IMG/VR virus record: IMGVR_UViG_3300030095_004611
Span: 1-38,546 of that record
DNA: 38,546 bases
Direction: 5' to 3' (one strand)
Origin: a virus
Taxonomy: Duplodnaviria > Caudoviricetes
Position numbers and translations under genes: made by a program. The first letter of the stretch is position 1; every line of letters begins with the position of its first letter. The notes beneath the pieces are model-generated. The model ran no database searches. It was not told the origin of the DNA and saw nothing but the letters and a program-made list of their open reading frames with translations. This document shows, piece after piece, positions 8,652 to 16,777 of the stretch.

Positions 8652-8857
8652 ACAAGCAAAGATAAAATCCTGGTTCTAAAGAATTCATCTTTGAGATCGT
8701 CTTTTGCTGGCATTGGGCCATCATATTTGAGCTGCATTTCCTGCATAAAATCGCTCCACATTGTTTTTATGGATTGTTGATTTGCCCATTCTTCATATTC
8801 TTCGGAAAGTTCAAAATTATTTTCAAGTAACTGATCATTAGCAATATGAGAACTCAT
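8648..8857 (-). CDS. Hypothetical protein
   Basis: AGGAG RBS, coupled start. Confidence 0.6.
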   Translation of the reverse strand: MSSHIANDQLLENNFELSEEYEEWANQQSIKTMWSDFMQEMQLKYDGPMPAKDDLKDEFFRTRILSLLV

Positions 8858-9366
8858 TTATTTTGCTCCTTGTTAAATTGTTTATGAATTAATTTTATTT
8901 TGCTATAAGTATGTTTTTGACGATGAAAAGTATCAGGAATATTTGCTCGTATTTCAGCTATTTTTGGAAACCATTTACAATTCTTTAAAATACTTTTGTA
9001 TGTTTCCTGTAAATGATATTCTGGCAGATCTTCTAGTGCGATAAAATAATCTTCTGTAAGATCAGCCCAGTTTTCTGGTGCGCCAAAATGATTGACAATA
9101 TTTGCCAGAAAAACAGCAATGCTTTTATCCTCTGCTGGTTTTAATGCTTGCCGATAGTTTTCTAATTCATATTCGACTTCATCAATTTGGATGGTTTTTT
9201 TGTAATTATATTGACAATGTTGAAGTCCAAAATTTGAGTCTTTGTCAATTCCAAATTCAAGATGAGCGATTTGCCCTACGCTCCAAGACGGTGGCGATAT
9301 TTTGTCTACCGCGATCTGAATTTGCTTTTCCTCTTGCGTGGGGGCTAACGCTTGTGATTTTTGCAT
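8854..9366 (-). CDS. Putative helicase loader / replication accessory protein
   Basis: Follows the initiator; YFIALEDLP...CKWFPKIAEIR pattern. Confidence 0.5.
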   Translation of the reverse strand: MQKSQALAPTQEEKQIQIAVDKISPPSWSVGQIAHLEFGIDKDSNFGLQHCQYNYKKTIQIDEVEYELENYRQALKPAEDKSIAVFLANIVNHFGAPENWADLTEDYFIALEDLPEYHLQETYKSILKNCKWFPKIAEIRANIPDTFHRQKHTYSKIKLIHKQFNKEQNK

Positions 9367-9922
9367 TTTGTCTTTCCTTTTTTATCCAGTTTCTCCAAGC
9401 CATTTGCCAATTTGCGTATTTGTTGTCTTTTGCTTTGTGGTAAATTATAAAATTTTCAGTAACGTCCGTTAGATCGAGATCAGGACGCGTTTGTGATGCC
9501 CAAATCATATTTTCATCTGTGGGTGTAAAATTATCAGGAAGGGAGAGGTTGGGTTTCTTCCTCTCTTTCTTAATAGGGTTAGTAGTAGTATGTATAGGTA
9601 TAGTACTACTTAGGTGTTGTTCAGCAGGCTGACCGATCTGTTCAGCGGACTGACCATTGAGGTCACTATACTGACCGTCGTACAGTATTCTGACCCACTT
9701 TCCTCTGCCTTCAAGAGCAACTAATTTGCTGCTTTGAAGTTTTTTTATGTTCTCTACGACCCATGCTTTGCTTCGGCCACACGCCTCTCCCATTTTTGCG
9801 TATGTTGCGTCAACAAATCCATCATCGTTTATCTGAGAGCACATAAATGCATACAGAGCTATTGATGCAGGGTCTAAATCCTGATCAAATATTTTGCTTG
9901 GCATTATTGTGAATTTTGACAT
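9257..9922 (-). CDS. Replication initiator (N-terminal wHTH, DnaT-like C-terminus)
   Basis: IALYAFMCSQ...TYAKMGEACGRSKAWV; LPDNFTP...FIIYH...NWQMAWRNWI; internal iterons. Confidence 0.75.
   Translation of the reverse strand: MSKFTIMPSKIFDQDLDPASIALYAFMCSQINDDGFVDATYAKMGEACGRSKAWVVENIKKLQSSKLVALEGRGKWVRILYDGQYSDLNGQSAEQIGQPAEQHLSSTIPIHTTTNPIKKERKKPNLSLPDNFTPTDENMIWASQTRPDLDLTDVTENFIIYHKAKDNKYANWQMAWRNWIKKERQNAKITSVSPHARGKANSDRGRQNIATVLERRANRSS
9619..9695. repeat. Four iterons, putative replication origin
   Basis: GTTCA-N6-TGACC (9619, 9640), GGTCA-N6-TGACC (9661), GTACA-N6-TGACC (9680); 21/21/19-bp period. Confidence 0.7.
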
Positions 9923-10253
9923 TTTTATCCTCTTGGTCTTTGCTCATATTCATAATGTTAATAAAATTACTCATGGTCATTACGACCATTGGTTCTTGAT
10001 TGTTTGCAATGCAAAACAATAAATTATTGTCTCCTAACCAGTTGTTTATTGTTGTGAATCCTGATCCTGTTTTTCGTGCTTTGACTTCGGCTCGTATAGC
10101 TTGCCCGTCAATTCGTATATCCACATCGCCAGAGAAATTACCGCCAGCACTGCCAGATAAAGGCACACGAGAGGCATCAATGCCATTTTCTCGTAAGGTG
10201 TTAACGATCTTCCTTTCATATCTTGCACCTTTGTCTCTGGAGAATTTACCCAT
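9885..10253 (-). CDS. Holliday junction resolvase (Hjc-like)
   Basis: SRDKGARYER, RVPLSG, GDV, AEVKAR. Confidence 0.8.
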   Translation of the reverse strand: MGKFSRDKGARYERKIVNTLRENGIDASRVPLSGSAGGNFSGDVDIRIDGQAIRAEVKARKTGSGFTTINNWLGDNNLLFCIANNQEPMVVMTMSNFINIMNMSKDQEDKNVKIHNNAKQNI

Positions 10254-10491
10254 AGTGTGTTTCCTCCAATGTAATTCGAAGATTTAAAGCTTCGGTCCAA
10301 CAATATAAGAGAAATCCAGATGGCAAGCGCATGCCACATTCCCACTTGCCGACGAGGTTGTCTGCCACCCCTATTTTTGCTCCTAAATCCTGTTGTGATA
10401 TTGACAATTCTTTTCTGCGTTCGATTAGCTGTGCAATCAAAGCATTTGTGAATTGCTCCACGGTTTCAGGATTTTGGCGTTTACCGTGCAT
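10246..10491 (-). CDS. XRE-family HTH regulator
   Basis: RRKELSISQQDLGAKIGVADNLVGKWECGMRLP. Confidence 0.85.
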   Translation of the reverse strand: MHGKRQNPETVEQFTNALIAQLIERRKELSISQQDLGAKIGVADNLVGKWECGMRLPSGFLLYCWTEALNLRITLEETHYG

Positions 10492-10666
10492 ACGTGGTCA
10501 TATACTCCGCAACTATTTGCGCTTGTTTTTCTCTTGGTTTTGTTATTCCTAACTGCCATCTGTAGAATGTTGTATCACTTAATCCTGCATCCACGCAGGC
10601 ATCCTTTAAAGTCCAACCTGTGTTTTCTGCGATTTCTTCTAATTGTGTCAAATATGTATATATCAT
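10481..10666 (-). CDS. Cro-like repressor
   Basis: LKDACVDAGLSDTTFYRWQLGITKP HTH; divergent from cI. Confidence 0.75.
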   Translation of the reverse strand: MIYTYLTQLEEIAENTGWTLKDACVDAGLSDTTFYRWQLGITKPREKQAQIVAEYMTTYAR

Positions 10667-10800
10667 ATTCTATATATAAATGCATAACTGCATTTTCACA
10701 AGTGCAAAATTATTTTATTTAAAACTTGACTTTCTATAATCGAATGCAGTATTGCAGAGATAACACAGGTTATACATTCATTAATGCAGAAAGGTATTCT
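10667..10800. promoter_or_regulatory. cro/cI divergent control region
   Basis: AT-rich; TGCATAACTGCA 10681-10692, TGCAGTATTGCA 10745-10756, TATAAT 10735-10740. Confidence 0.65.
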
Positions 10801-11397
10801 ATGGACACCAAAAAAAAACTTGCGCAGTGGATGAAAGATTGCATGGCCCAAAATAACTGGACGGCAGACGAATGGGCTAGACAAGCAAAAACATCTGCAA
10901 CAAACATTACAAGATTTATTAAAGATCAAGAATATACGCCTTCGGGACGAGTATTAGATAGATTGGCAGGCGTTTGCTCAATACCTTTACCATTAGGGGA
11001 TCAGGCTGGATTCCAAATTTCTGGTAATATGGTTCCTATTATTGAAGTAGGCAAAAACACAAATAAAATTGAAACTTTAAAAAAGAGATCAACAAAAAAA
11101 GTTACAACTTTAGTACCTGTAAATAAGGAATCATTTGCGGTTAAAATTGATACAGACCGTATGTCAATGGGAGGTATTCTTCCTGATGACGTTATTATTT
11201 GTGAACCTACTCGCGTTAGAAAGCCAAAACATAATTGTATTATTGTGTATCATACTCCTCATGGCGGTGTTGAGGCAGGAAGATGGTTTCCTCCTTTTTT
11301 AATGCCTCAATCAACCAACCAGGAGCATGAACCTATAAAAATGAAAGATGTAGGTGTTTTAGGTATTGCTATCCAACAGATACGTTTTTTTGCGTAG
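10801..11397 (+). CDS. CI-like repressor (HTH plus degenerate S24 domain)
   Basis: WTADEWARQAKTSATNITRF HTH; FAVKIDTDRMSMGGILPDDVIICEP S24-like; only + strand gene in the early arm. Confidence 0.8.
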   Translation: MDTKKKLAQWMKDCMAQNNWTADEWARQAKTSATNITRFIKDQEYTPSGRVLDRLAGVCSIPLPLGDQAGFQISGNMVPIIEVGKNTNKIETLKKRSTKKVTTLVPVNKESFAVKIDTDRMSMGGILPDDVIICEPTRVRKPKHNCIIVYHTPHGGVEAGRWFPPFLMPQSTNQEHEPIKMKDVGVLGIAIQQIRFFA

Positions 11398-11737
11398 ATT
11401 TAACTTTAGGATCGTATGGTAGCCATACAATTGTATATTCTCTTATGTTTTTAATTTCATTTAGTTTTTCATCATTAAAAGAACTGATATGAAACTCTCC
11501 ATTAGCGTCCAATAGAACGTGAAAAGCTTCATTGCAAATTGTATGTGCAGCTTCAATGTTTTCGTCAGTTGCTGGCATTAGATAACTTTCATTTAAAACT
11601 TTTAAAAATACATATTGTTTATAGCCTTCCATTGGTTTGCTCCTATCTTCTCTGTTATATTTTCCTGACATGTTTGGATATTTCCAAGGATGTATTCCCA
11701 TGATTTCTTCCAACATGTTTTTAGGTTTGAAGGTCAT
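11369..11737 (-). CDS. Hypothetical protein
   Basis: GGAG RBS before ATG 11737. Confidence 0.6.
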   Translation of the reverse strand: MTFKPKNMLEEIMGIHPWKYPNMSGKYNREDRSKPMEGYKQYVFLKVLNESYLMPATDENIEAAHTICNEAFHVLLDANGEFHISSFNDEKLNEIKNIREYTIVWLPYDPKVKSTQKNVSVG

Positions 11738-11753
11738 TGCTCTTTTACTCCGT

Positions 11754-11948
11754 TTAAAAATTGTGTAGTCCTTTTTGAAACTTGGCACTTTGGTAAAATG
11801 ATCTAATAATTTTGTTAATGTGCTTTGGTTCAGGTTCTTCAATTGCTATTGGTTTTATCAAATTAAGTATTTGCAATTGTGTAGACACTGGTATTTCAGC
11901 TAGTGTTTCAATTATTCGATCTGTAGTTGATCTTCTTATTCTAAGCAT
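11754..11948 (-). CDS. Hypothetical protein
   Basis: GGAGG RBS, coupled to the upstream gene. Confidence 0.55.
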   Translation of the reverse strand: MLRIRRSTTDRIIETLAEIPVSTQLQILNLIKPIAIEEPEPKHINKIIRSFYQSAKFQKGLHNF

Positions 11949-12888
11949 AAACTGCTTCCTCCTTGTCGCTGTCAGCCTTACTTAATTCTTTCCATGATCT
12001 GCTTTGAAGTGCTCTGGATACTTTGTTTTCGCGTGTGCGAATAACATTATGTTTTTGACCGCGAGTATCTGGATGAGACGACCAGTTGGTCATGGCATTA
12101 TAAACGCCCCATACATTGCGATCTTCTTCATAATAAAGATCCATTAATACATCCATCTGGGGTTGGCTTACTTTTGTTTTATTTGATCCCGAAATGTTTG
12201 TAAGAGCTAATGTTTTAGAAAATAAATCTTCAACTTCAGCGTCACGAGCTGGTAATGAAATCCATTTACGAAATTCTTCTTCTCTTTCATGAAAGGCAGT
12301 CATAGCTCGGTTTATTTTTTCAATTGATCGATCAACCAGCTCATGTTTTGAAATTTGTTTTGTGTGTTTTTGTGTTGATCGTAACCAGTTTTGAACATTG
12401 GCACATCCGTTTGAACACCATAAACGAAAAGCATCAAGAAAATGTTGACTGGAATAACTACCATCATAGCTATCATATAGACGCAAACGTAATTGAGATA
12501 TATCACCAACTTGAGGTTCAATAAGATGTTTAGGAAAAAGCAATTCAACTTTTAATTTACGTCCGTTTTCATAAACTTCTACTTTTGATTTAACTTCTGT
12601 TGTATCTAAATCGCTTTCTTTAAGAACATCAATCATACGACCTGCATTATCTATATAAGGTCTGTGGACATAACTTCCACCATGTATGCCAAGAACTGTT
12701 TTATTGTCTGTTCGCACAATTGCTTGTGCTTGTGTTCTAGGAATATTACTAAAATATTGTTCCCCTGAAGTCCAGTTGGTCTTTGCAATATATAAAGATT
12801 GCGCTTCAGTTGGAAAATCTAATGCAGATAAATCAATATTAGATAGATTTTGTGCATCATTTTTTGTTATATTTGACATAAAGTTCAT
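11941..12888 (-). CDS. DUF932-family protein
   Basis: VRTD...LG, YDSYDGS, FRLWCSNG, KHT, NVWGVYNAMTNW. Confidence 0.75.
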   Translation of the reverse strand: MNFMSNITKNDAQNLSNIDLSALDFPTEAQSLYIAKTNWTSGEQYFSNIPRTQAQAIVRTDNKTVLGIHGGSYVHRPYIDNAGRMIDVLKESDLDTTEVKSKVEVYENGRKLKVELLFPKHLIEPQVGDISQLRLRLYDSYDGSYSSQHFLDAFRLWCSNGCANVQNWLRSTQKHTKQISKHELVDRSIEKINRAMTAFHEREEEFRKWISLPARDAEVEDLFSKTLALTNISGSNKTKVSQPQMDVLMDLYYEEDRNVWGVYNAMTNWSSHPDTRGQKHNVIRTRENKVSRALQSRSWKELSKADSDKEEAVYA

Positions 12889-12895
12889 TGCTCTT

Positions 12896-13114
12896 TTACT
12901 CCTTTGTTGTATGATTCTTATGACCATTAACTCCTTTATGGTCGTTGCTCGTATTCAGGTCAGATGGTTTGGTCGCCATCTGGCCTTTTATTTGCGCTTG
13001 TTCTCCGTCACAACAGTCCATGACAGGACGTTTGCAATTATCACATGCATAATGAGATTGTATGTAAATTAAATTGGTCCATTGACCGCACCAAGGGCAT
13101 TCAAGCGACTGCAT
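12896..13114 (-). CDS. Zinc-finger hypothetical protein
   Basis: CPWCG...HYACDNC...DCCDGE. Confidence 0.65.
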   Translation of the reverse strand: MQSLECPWCGQWTNLIYIQSHYACDNCKRPVMDCCDGEQAQIKGQMATKPSDLNTSNDHKGVNGHKNHTTKE

Positions 13115-13289
13115 TTTCTCTATTTTGCATTGAACGTAATCGAGCTAAAAGAACATCGTTTTGGCATTCGTCACAACATCGTCCTTCTGATAAAGGCCAC
13201 GCATTGTGCCCATGCTCCCAAATAATCTTTTGTGTTAGCTCATCTCTTTGTGGTTTAATGTCACCATGACAGATACTACATTTAGTCAT
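13101..13289 (-). CDS. Zinc-finger hypothetical protein
   Basis: CSICH...HNAWP...GRCCDEC; GGAGG RBS. Confidence 0.7.
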   Translation of the reverse strand: MTKCSICHGDIKPQRDELTQKIIWEHGHNAWPLSEGRCCDECQNDVLLARLRSMQNRENAVA

Positions 13290-13449
13290 TATTCCTCCTT
13301 AAACTGCGTTTGTGCACTTCTTTGGGCAAAAAATTTTCTTTGTAAATAAGAACTATAATTCCTATTACTCCAACAATTGCCACACTTAATAATACATTTA
13401 TTGTTAAATATATGGCTTTAATCCTTATGTTTTTGCGATATCTTTTCAC
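13282..13449 (-). CDS. Small membrane protein (55 aa, GTG start)
   Basis: Manual translation MKRYRKNIRIKAIYLTINVLLSVAIVGVIGIIVLIYKE...; fills the gap between neighbours. Confidence 0.4.
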   Translation of the reverse strand: MKRYRKNIRIKAIYLTINVLLSVAIVGVIGIIVLIYKENFLPKEVHKRSLRRNND

Positions 13450-13663
13450 TTATTCTAATTGCAAGATACCAACTAATTGGGATAATACATATAAGTCCAA
13501 GTCCGAGCGTAATGCCAAGCAGTGCGAGGGTCAACACAATTAATGCATTAATGCAGATCAGAGCATAAATGAAAGTTCCTAATCTGTGTGCTGAATAGTT
13601 AAGCCAAGTTGTGCTTGGTATAATATTGCCGAGAGCTGCGAGAAACGTTTTTAAAGCACTCAT
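13418..13663 (-). CDS. Membrane protein
   Basis: Long hydrophobic segment; ATGA overlap with the upstream gene. Confidence 0.6.
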   Translation of the reverse strand: MSALKTFLAALGNIIPSTTWLNYSAHRLGTFIYALICINALIVLTLALLGITLGLGLICIIPISWYLAIRISEKISQKHKD

Positions 13664-13953
13664 AATTTGATACCGTCTAATGGACGAGTTGCTGGAACCC
13701 ATCCTTTGCGTGTTAGTTTGTCATATCCTATGGTACGTTTTAAAAAGTAAAGAACGCATGATACCATTGCGCCAGCAACAAGTGCTGTAAGCATTCCTAT
13801 TGCTGTGCCATATAACAAAATGGAAAATAAAAAGGTTGTTCCAAGATCTATTAAAACATCAAAATACAATACGCGACGTATTTGACCGAATTTAAATACA
13901 AGGAACAAAACAGCACATGTGGCAAATAAGCCAAATCCAATTATTTCGATCAT
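13660..13953 (-). CDS. Membrane protein (about 3 TM)
   Basis: Hydrophobic segments; GGAG RBS. Confidence 0.7.
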   Translation of the reverse strand: MIEIIGFGLFATCAVLFLVFKFGQIRRVLYFDVLIDLGTTFLFSILLYGTAIGMLTALVAGAMVSCVLYFLKRTIGYDKLTRKGWVPATRPLDGIKL

Positions 13954-13970
13954 TTTAATCTCCTATAAAG

Positions 13971-14195
13971 TTAAGCATATTTTTTTTGTGCTTGTGCTAT
14001 AACCAAATCTTCAATTTCGCATTCAAGAACGACTATTTGTTCTCGCAGATCTTCTATGATTGCTTGTTGACGTTTAATTACGTGATCTGCTCCTTTTTTG
14101 TATTCTCGTTCTGAAGCTAATCTTTCTTCAAGATCTTTAATTTCTAAAGCGAAATCTTGTGGATCGTCATAATAAAAACTTTTCATTTTTCCCAT
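13971..14195 (-). CDS. Coiled-coil hypothetical protein
   Basis: GGAG RBS; MGKMK start. Confidence 0.65.
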   Translation of the reverse strand: MGKMKSFYYDDPQDFALEIKDLEERLASEREYKKGADHVIKRQQAIIEDLREQIVVLECEIEDLVIAQAQKKYA

Positions 14196-14242
14196 TATTG
14201 TCTCCTGATATCTGCGGTTGTTTTGATGCCCCCAGGGAACAT

Positions 14243-14288
14243 AAAAAAAAGAGAAGAGAGGCTAGATGCAGAAGCATCTAACCCCTCA
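14243..14288 (-). terminator. Rho-independent terminator
   Basis: Minus strand GAGGGGTTAGATGC-TTCT-GCATCTAGCCTCTC followed by a T-run. Confidence 0.75.
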
Positions 14289-14303
14289 ACATATGAGATG
14301 TTA

Positions 14304-15161
14304 TTATTTATTGAATTTGTAGTTGATACCATTCAGAGCTTCTTGTGCCTTTGCGTTGGCATAACTGTTAACAGTTTTGTTAGCTTTAGAAGATGAGAGC
14401 TTGCTATAAGGTTCGTCACAAACTAGGTCATAGACTTCTCGCATAGGATTGAGATAATGCTTTTTGTAATTTTCCTCCTGACGTTGTAAATCAAATAAGT
14501 CATTTGTTGCGTTGGTGACGTTGCTATCTGAAATCTCATCTCCACGATTAGCTTTTATCGCTCGGTTAAGAGCTCCAGCCTTCCAATTTATAGCCTTTGT
14601 CTTATCAGCCAAATATTCAGCATTACGCATGAATTGTTTTGCTAATTCAATTCGGCTATAAGCTAATGTTGGATCATCTTCAGGTGCTAATAAATTAATG
14701 ATGTCTAGTAGTTTATGCATCACTTGGTCATACACCTCGGAATCCAAAGGCATATCCTTCTGGTGATAGCCATGCTCAATAGTTGCTTTAGCATTCGCAC
14801 GATCTTCCATTTGTTCCTTCTCCATTTCAGTTTCCTCAACGTTTTGTTCAAACTGTTCTTCTGTTAAAAAAGCCATTTCATTCTCCTTTGTTGGGTTGAT
14901 ATTTTGGTGTGTTGGATAAGGACTCTCGCCATTTGTGATCTTCCATGCCACATAAGACTCACGAGAAACTGTTCCATTCTCTGTAACAACTTCTGGTTCG
15001 TAGCAATCAAGCGCGTCTTGTGGTAAATGGATGGTAGAGTATTTCGGATCGTGTTGTTGTTTCATTGCATTCTCCAAAGCTATTTTGGGGTTAAATTTCC
15101 AATCATGTTCTATTTTCCAATTATCTATGTGTTCTTGTTTTTCTTCGATGTTCATGGTCAT
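14304..15161 (-). CDS. Hypothetical early protein (possible internal start at 14876)
   Basis: AAGGAG RBS at both starts. Confidence 0.7.
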   Translation of the reverse strand: MTMNIEEKQEHIDNWKIEHDWKFNPKIALENAMKQQHDPKYSTIHLPQDALDCYEPEVVTENGTVSRESYVAWKITNGESPYPTHQNINPTKENEMAFLTEEQFEQNVEETEMEKEQMEDRANAKATIEHGYHQKDMPLDSEVYDQVMHKLLDIINLLAPEDDPTLAYSRIELAKQFMRNAEYLADKTKAINWKAGALNRAIKANRGDEISDSNVTNATNDLFDLQRQEENYKKHYLNPMREVYDLVCDEPYSKLSSSKANKTVNSYANAKAQEALNGINYKFNK

Positions 15162-15167
15162 TCTCCT

Positions 15168-15317
15168 TTAAGATGCATAAATTCTAATTGTTTCGTTTTC
15201 GTCATACATTGCTTCCAATGCTATTTCTTCCATCTCAATTTCATCTTTATTTGCTCCTTCATTAATCATTTGTATTATCTTATTTTCTTGTTTTATGATT
15301 TCGTTGTACATGGTCAT
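15168..15317 (-). CDS. Small acidic protein (49 aa)
   Basis: AAGGAG RBS before ATG 15317. Confidence 0.6.
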   Translation of the reverse strand: MTMYNEIIKQENKIIQMINEGANKDEIEMEEIALEAMYDENETIRIYAS

Positions 15318-15351
15318 TGCTCCTTTGAAGTTGTTCTGGAAAGCCAGTTCA

Positions 15352-15995
15352 TTCTCGCTCTCTCTGGTTCCCAACCCGAGAGAGAGAGAGAGATCCAAGG
15401 GGTGACATTCATGCTTTGGAAAACGTTGCCTCGTCACGAAATCTTAGGTTACAGGGCTTTGCCCAAGTGAGGGCAAAGGTTTCTTCCTGTAATCAAGATG
15501 TAGTAGAGGATTGTTTGTGGTTCACAAACCAACGAGCAAGTCAATGACACGTAGTGCCAGCTTGCTGGGCCAGATTATAATCAGGATTCAAACTGTGTAA
15601 GGGTAATTACAAGAGTCGCGCCACCGCACGACGACAATGTTTAAAACAGCACATTGCGCTGGTTTTAATCTGAGATCATTTACTTGTGATCCCTCTTGGG
15701 TTTTTCAAAAGCATGAATACTCACGAATCAGTCTATCAAGTTAAACTGTGTCTTAATGGCATCCTACCCGTCTGGAGAGACACAACCTCTAAGCGGAGCG
15801 TGAGTTGTCGGAGTGTGAAGCATACTCAAGTGACGGACAACAGCGGATACAAGAGCACCCACTTGGCGCTCTTCATCCGATGTACCGTTACGCTTATACG
15901 CGACTTGATCGCACAAAACAGCTATGGACACAACTATGGTTACGCCCCACATATGCAAAAGCACCTACGATATCAAAGAGATATTTCTGTGCATT
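15352..15995. ncRNA. Candidate large structured non-coding RNA/DNA element
   Basis: At least 12 nested stems in a gene-free interval; see findings. Confidence 0.55.
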
Positions 15996-15997
15996 GA
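15988..15997 (+). promoter_or_regulatory. Putative late-promoter motif TGTGCATTGA (before terS)
   Basis: Repeated at 19667 and 23018 before structural genes. Confidence 0.5.
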
Positions 15998-16055
15998 CGG
16001 TTGTAACGCAATGAACCCTACTTACTACAGCACTCAACACTAGATACGAGGTAAC

Positions 16056-16457
16056 ATGAGTAACGGGAAAGCAGAGAAGGAGCTAATGCAAGTAGCTGGA
16101 TCAAAGTTAACGCCCTTGCAAAAGCAGTTCGTTGATAACTTATTTATTCCTGGCACAAGCAATGTACAAGCCGCTACACTAGCAGGATACAGCGAAAGAT
16201 CTGCACATGTTCAAGCAAGCCGAACACTACGGCTACCGCACGTTCAAGAGTATATCAATGCATGTGTAACAGAGGCTATTCAGACGCACTCTATTAGAGC
16301 TATGAGTCAAGTGGCTCAACTAAGCACCACAGCTAAGTCAGAGTATGTACGCCTGCAAGCAGGGCAGGATATACTAGACAGAGCAGGACACAAAGCAATA
16401 GACAAGTCTATGGTTGCTGTACGTGGTGAAGTAAACGTAAACATTGACCTGAGTTAA
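16056..16457 (+). CDS. terS: Terminase small subunit
   Basis: LTPLQKQFV...QAATLAGYSERSAHVQASRTL; SEYVRLQAGQDILDRAG. Confidence 0.85.
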   Translation: MSNGKAEKELMQVAGSKLTPLQKQFVDNLFIPGTSNVQAATLAGYSERSAHVQASRTLRLPHVQEYINACVTEAIQTHSIRAMSQVAQLSTTAKSEYVRLQAGQDILDRAGHKAIDKSMVAVRGEVNVNIDLS

Positions 16458-16533
16458 GGGGGGTGGGTTTAAAAACTCAACTTCATACATACGTAAAAGT
16501 CCTTCACACATATGATTTCTAAAAAAGGTGCAC

Positions 16534-16574
16534 TGCATAACTGCATTGATTTTATTATTATTACTTGGTAAGGT
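16534..16574 (+). promoter_or_regulatory. Operator plus putative leaderless promoter
   Basis: TGCATAACTGCA 16534-16545 abuts TTGATT-17-TAAGGT; ATG at 16580. Confidence 0.45.
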
Positions 16575-16579
16575 ACGGC

Positions 16580-16768
16580 ATGAGTGCATTTACATCATTA
16601 CCGTTTGATCAGATACAACGTCTTAGAAAGTTCGTTCAAAAGGAGCATAAACAGACCTTTGGAAGAGAACTCTCTCTTGTTCAGACTGACCAGTTTATTG
16701 AATCATACTGGGGTGAATATATGGAGAATGAGCTTAAAGTGGCAATTGATAACAAGATTGTAGAATAG
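16580..16768 (+). CDS. Hypothetical protein
   Basis: ORF between terS and terL. Confidence 0.6.
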   Translation: MSAFTSLPFDQIQRLRKFVQKEHKQTFGRELSLVQTDQFIESYWGEYMENELKVAIDNKIVE

Positions 16769-16777
16769 GGAGCAATT

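Noticed and set aside
15400-15910. Group I/II intron, IscB/TnpB guide RNA or retron
   Set aside because: No interrupted gene, no recognisable catalytic core motifs, and no RT or RuvC-type partner in the window
15686-16014. ORFs 15686-15997, 15764-15964 and 15805-16014
   Set aside because: No convincing RBS, atypical composition, mutually overlapping; the region is better explained by secondary structure
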